Positions 61,282 to 64,000 of a stretch of DNA of 64,000 nucleotides are shown here, one piece after another; positions within the stretch are counted from its first letter, which is position 1; each line of letters opens with the position of its first letter. A program made the translations under genes and the position numbers. Source of the stretch: Acidimicrobiia bacterium (lineage in GTDB: Bacteria > Actinomycetota > Acidimicrobiia > Spongiisociales > ZC4RG35). A model generated the notes under the pieces. It saw nothing but the letters and a program-made list of their open reading frames with translations. It was not told the DNA's origin and ran no database searches. The stretch spans positions 658,688-722,687 of the forward strand of contig OZ244166.1 in assembly GCA_965216445.1 (NCBI GenBank), written 5' to 3'.

Positions 61282-62364
61282 ATGAAGCTACCCCAGTTTC
61301 TGGAGGACGGAAAGCCCCGTTGGGATGACCTCGAGGCTTTGTGCAACGAGGCGGGTCGGCGTGCCGAGAAGCTAGGTGCCGAGCGGCTTCGCCACTTCGT
61401 CGACCTCTACCGTTCGACGTCGGCGGATCTGGCAATGGCGAGACGCCTGTTTCCCGGTGATCCCATAGTGGTGAAACTGGAACGTCTCGTGTTGAAGGCC
61501 CGAGGAATTCTCTTCGATCGCAGTGGTCGCAGGGAGTCGATTGCGTCATTTTTCGGCACGACCTACTGGCAGCTGATCGCACAACGATCGCGGCAGATGT
61601 GGTTGGCCGCAGCGATGCTGATGATTCCGGCCACCCTTGGGTTTGTCTGGGCATTGAACGACCCGAGCCAGGTGGTGTCGGTTATGCCGGCGGAGTTTCT
61701 GTGGGTCACCGAAGCCGAGACCACCGACCAGGGCTATGGCACGGCGGGCCTGGTCGGGTTTTCTACGTTTGTCATGCAGAACAACATTCGTGTTGCCCTG
61801 CTCAGTTTCGTCCTGGGGATCACTTGGGGTGTGCTGACCGGATTTGTCGTCGTCCAGAACGGCCTGATCCTTGGAGCACTCGCGGGCCTTGCCGTCGACG
61901 CCGGAAACGCTGAAGTATTCACGGCAGCCGTTGCAGCTCACGGAATACTTGAGCTGTCGTGCATTGTGGTTGGAGCAGGGACCGGTTTCTCGATCGCCCG
62001 GGCAATGCTCCGACCGGGGACGATGACACGACTGGAAGCGTTAGGCGCTGAGGCGCGCCATGCCGGCCTGATAGTCCTGGGGACGATACCCTGGTTGGTT
62101 CTCGCAGGTGTCGTTGAGGGCTTCGTGTCTCGGACTGGAACAACGTGGTTTCCGGCGCTGATCATCGGCATCATCCTCGGCGGCGGCTTCTGGTTTTTCG
62201 TTTGGTACGTCGGTGTCAGGCCGGTTCCGGATCATGCCATGGTTGTCCCCCCGGCTGTTCCGCTACAACCGGGCCTTGGACTTGGCGCGGAGGTAGGCAG
62301 CGACGCAACGAGCCGAAAAATTGGCGAGGGGAGCTTCGATGACGTCGACTCCTCGGTGGGTTAG
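61282..62364 (+). CDS. SpoIIM-like / DUF95 family membrane protein
   Basis: MKLPQFLEDGKPRWDDLEAL N-terminus plus a polytopic C-terminus. It forms the common DUF95-DUF58-MoxR cluster with the following two genes. Confidence 0.6.
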   Translation: MKLPQFLEDGKPRWDDLEALCNEAGRRAEKLGAERLRHFVDLYRSTSADLAMARRLFPGDPIVVKLERLVLKARGILFDRSGRRESIASFFGTTYWQLIAQRSRQMWLAAAMLMIPATLGFVWALNDPSQVVSVMPAEFLWVTEAETTDQGYGTAGLVGFSTFVMQNNIRVALLSFVLGITWGVLTGFVVVQNGLILGALAGLAVDAGNAEVFTAAVAAHGILELSCIVVGAGTGFSIARAMLRPGTMTRLEALGAEARHAGLIVLGTIPWLVLAGVVEGFVSRTGTTWFPALIIGIILGGGFWFFVWYVGVRPVPDHAMVVPPAVPLQPGLGLGAEVGSDATSRKIGEGSFDDVDSSVG

Positions 62365-63534
62365 AAGACTGGTGACGCTCTCCTTCGAATCGAGCAGCTG
62401 AACCGAAGCTGCGGCTCGCATCAGGTCACCCTGCGACCGAGCCCTGGTCTCAATGGCTTCGGCGAGGTCGGGGTCGGTGACCGAAGCTACCGCAACCGCA
62501 TGTTTTCTGGCGAGGATCGGAACAGCCGAAGCCAAGGGCCGGGCTGCAGCCTCGTCGATGAGATCGGTGAAGATGAGAATGAAGGCTCGCTTACGGCTCA
62601 ACACAGACCGGAATGCCAGGTCGAAGTCGGAGTCTTCGTTGTCGGGCTCGAGGTCGTGTATTGCCTCGACCACAGCCCTCCCTCCGTCTCGTCGCGGATT
62701 CAAGGATCGCCTGATCCCTTTGGAGAAAGCCACAACGCCAACCCGGTCTCCAACCTGGTCGGCAACGGCGGCGATTGCCGCCACGGCATCGACTGCGGCG
62801 TCGAGTCGCGTCCGGTCTTCGATTCGGGCCGTCATCAGCCTCCCACAGTCGATCAGGGCCAAGACATCGCGGTCTTGTTCGACCCGGAACTGGTTCGACA
62901 TTGGCGTCCCGAGGCGTGCGGTGGCCGACCAGTTGAGCTGTCTTATGTCGTCGTCGGGTCTGTATTCGCGAACCGACTCGAATTCAGTACCCAGCCCGAG
63001 CGGGCCTCGCGTTCGCCGCCCTTCCTCGCGGAAGTGACCCTGGCGAACCGAACTGGCAATTCTCCGGGCCGCCGGCATATCTGGATAGATGGTGACTGTC
63101 GACTCCGTGCCGGTCCGGTGATACCAGACGCCCAACCCGAGCGGACCGACAGACCGCGTCGCCACTTTGGCCAATTCGTGCGAACCGCGACGAAGGCCGA
63201 CAATTTCCGCGTCAAGCAGCCGATCAGCTTCCTGAGGTTCGATGACCAGGTCAGGTGTAGCGGGTTGCCTCAGCCTTATCCGGGGCCATCTACCGAGAGG
63301 TCGTATTCGAAGAGTTGACGGAACGGCGCGGCTCAAAACGTCGCTGACGTCTCGCTCGACGGGTGGCACCGCCCGCACGTTCCAGGCGTCAACTGCAGCG
63401 AAAAGAAGAATGGCCACCATGATCAACGCGGCTATTCGCCACCCGAAGGGAATCGCCGAGAACGCTCCCAATACCAGGAGGAAGATCGTGCGCGGTGTGA
63501 GACTCACTGTGGGGTCTTCATCGTGGAACCTCAA
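62263..63534 (-). CDS. DUF58 domain protein (vWA-like)
   Basis: [45 protein letters not shown]58 core. Confidence 0.7.
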   Translation of the reverse strand: MRFHDEDPTVSLTPRTIFLLVLGAFSAIPFGWRIAALIMVAILLFAAVDAWNVRAVPPVERDVSDVLSRAVPSTLRIRPLGRWPRIRLRQPATPDLVIEPQEADRLLDAEIVGLRRGSHELAKVATRSVGPLGLGVWYHRTGTESTVTIYPDMPAARRIASSVRQGHFREEGRRTRGPLGLGTEFESVREYRPDDDIRQLNWSATARLGTPMSNQFRVEQDRDVLALIDCGRLMTARIEDRTRLDAAVDAVAAIAAVADQVGDRVGVVAFSKGIRRSLNPRRDGGRAVVEAIHDLEPDNEDSDFDLAFRSVLSRKRAFILIFTDLIDEAAARPLASAVPILARKHAVAVASVTDPDLAEAIETRARSQGDLMRAAASVQLLDSKESVTSLLTHRGVDVIEAPLANFSARCVAAYLRAKSKARL

Positions 63535-64000
63535 CTGAGCCGAGGGCTGTCTTCACTGCCTCATCTGGGTTGTAGCGCTCCAATTCCGCCTCCGGTCGAA
63601 GCAGGATCCGGTGTCGAAGCACGGGTAGTGCTGCCCGTCCGATGTCATCGGGAGTTACGAAGTCGCGCCCGGCAAGTGTGGCTATTGCCCTCGCTGCAGC
63701 GAGAAGGTGCACGGCTGCCCTCGGGCTCGCGCCTACCTCAACCGACGGAAGAGTTCGTGTCGACCGGACCACCGAACTGAGATAGGAAAGGACTGGCTCT
63801 TCGACACGAGTGCCGCTGACCTTGGAGCGCAACTCCAGAATTTCAGAAGCGGTGGTAACAGATCCAACATCATCGAGAGTTGCCGGGCGGGTCCCATCGC
63901 GCTCGAGCCGAAGCATCGCAAGCTCCGAGTCCTCCGAGGGATAACCAACGTCGATCTTCATCAGGAAGCGGTCGAGCTGTGCCTCAGGGAGCGGGTACGT
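63518..64000 (-). CDS. moxR: MoxR-family AAA+ ATPase, C-terminal part; gene continues beyond window end
   Basis: ...[21 protein letters not shown]... with the reading frame open to position 64000. Confidence 0.75.
   Translation of the reverse strand, partial: TYPLPEAQLDRFLMKIDVGYPSEDSELAMLRLERDGTRPATLDDVGSVTTASEILELRSKVSGTRVEEPVLSYLSSVVRSTRTLPSVEVGASPRAAVHLLAAARAIATLAGRDFVTPDDIGRAALPVLRHRILLRPEAELERYNPDEAVKTALGSVEVPR

Overview
This window is a high-GC (~60%) chromosomal stretch with clear actinobacterial hallmarks: a WhiB-family regulator, Bpa/PafE, F420 CofC, and a Gram-positive-style Tad locus lacking a secretin. Most of it is housekeeping.

Identified housekeeping genes include hutH (3' partial), acyl-CoA dehydrogenase, enoyl-CoA hydratase, RidA, dinB, plsC-like, purN-purH-folD, icd, nadA-nadB-nadC, mdh, sdhCAB, hppA, rnhA and a tRNA-Gln(CTG)/tRNA-Glu(CTC) pair.

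Notable content:
1. A complete tight-adherence (Tad/Flp) pilus locus, cpaB-tadZ-tadA-tadB-tadC-flp plus three TadE/TadG-like genes. The 59-aa flp pilin was not reported by the supplied ORF track, and TadZ has a degenerate Walker A motif.
2. A separate 5.4-kb satellite cluster of four TadE-like and two large Cys-rich TadG-like genes, one of them decayed by at least three frameshifts.
3. A tryptophan/kynurenine cluster: a long-form TDO (kynA), a frameshifted kynureninase, an SDR and a divergent aryl-CoA ligase, sitting next to the nadABC operon.
4. A previously unannotated family of tandem double-hairpin repeats with compensatory base changes, present at three sites inside two complex repeat islands rich in GGAGGGAG/CTCCCTCC octamers.
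5. A second single-base frameshift in a dapA-family gene.

No CRISPR array, transposase, integrase or recognisable defence system was seen.

Coordinates that required reading raw sequence were anchored to ORF-track arithmetic wherever possible. Hairpin and repeat coordinates may still be off by a few nucleotides.
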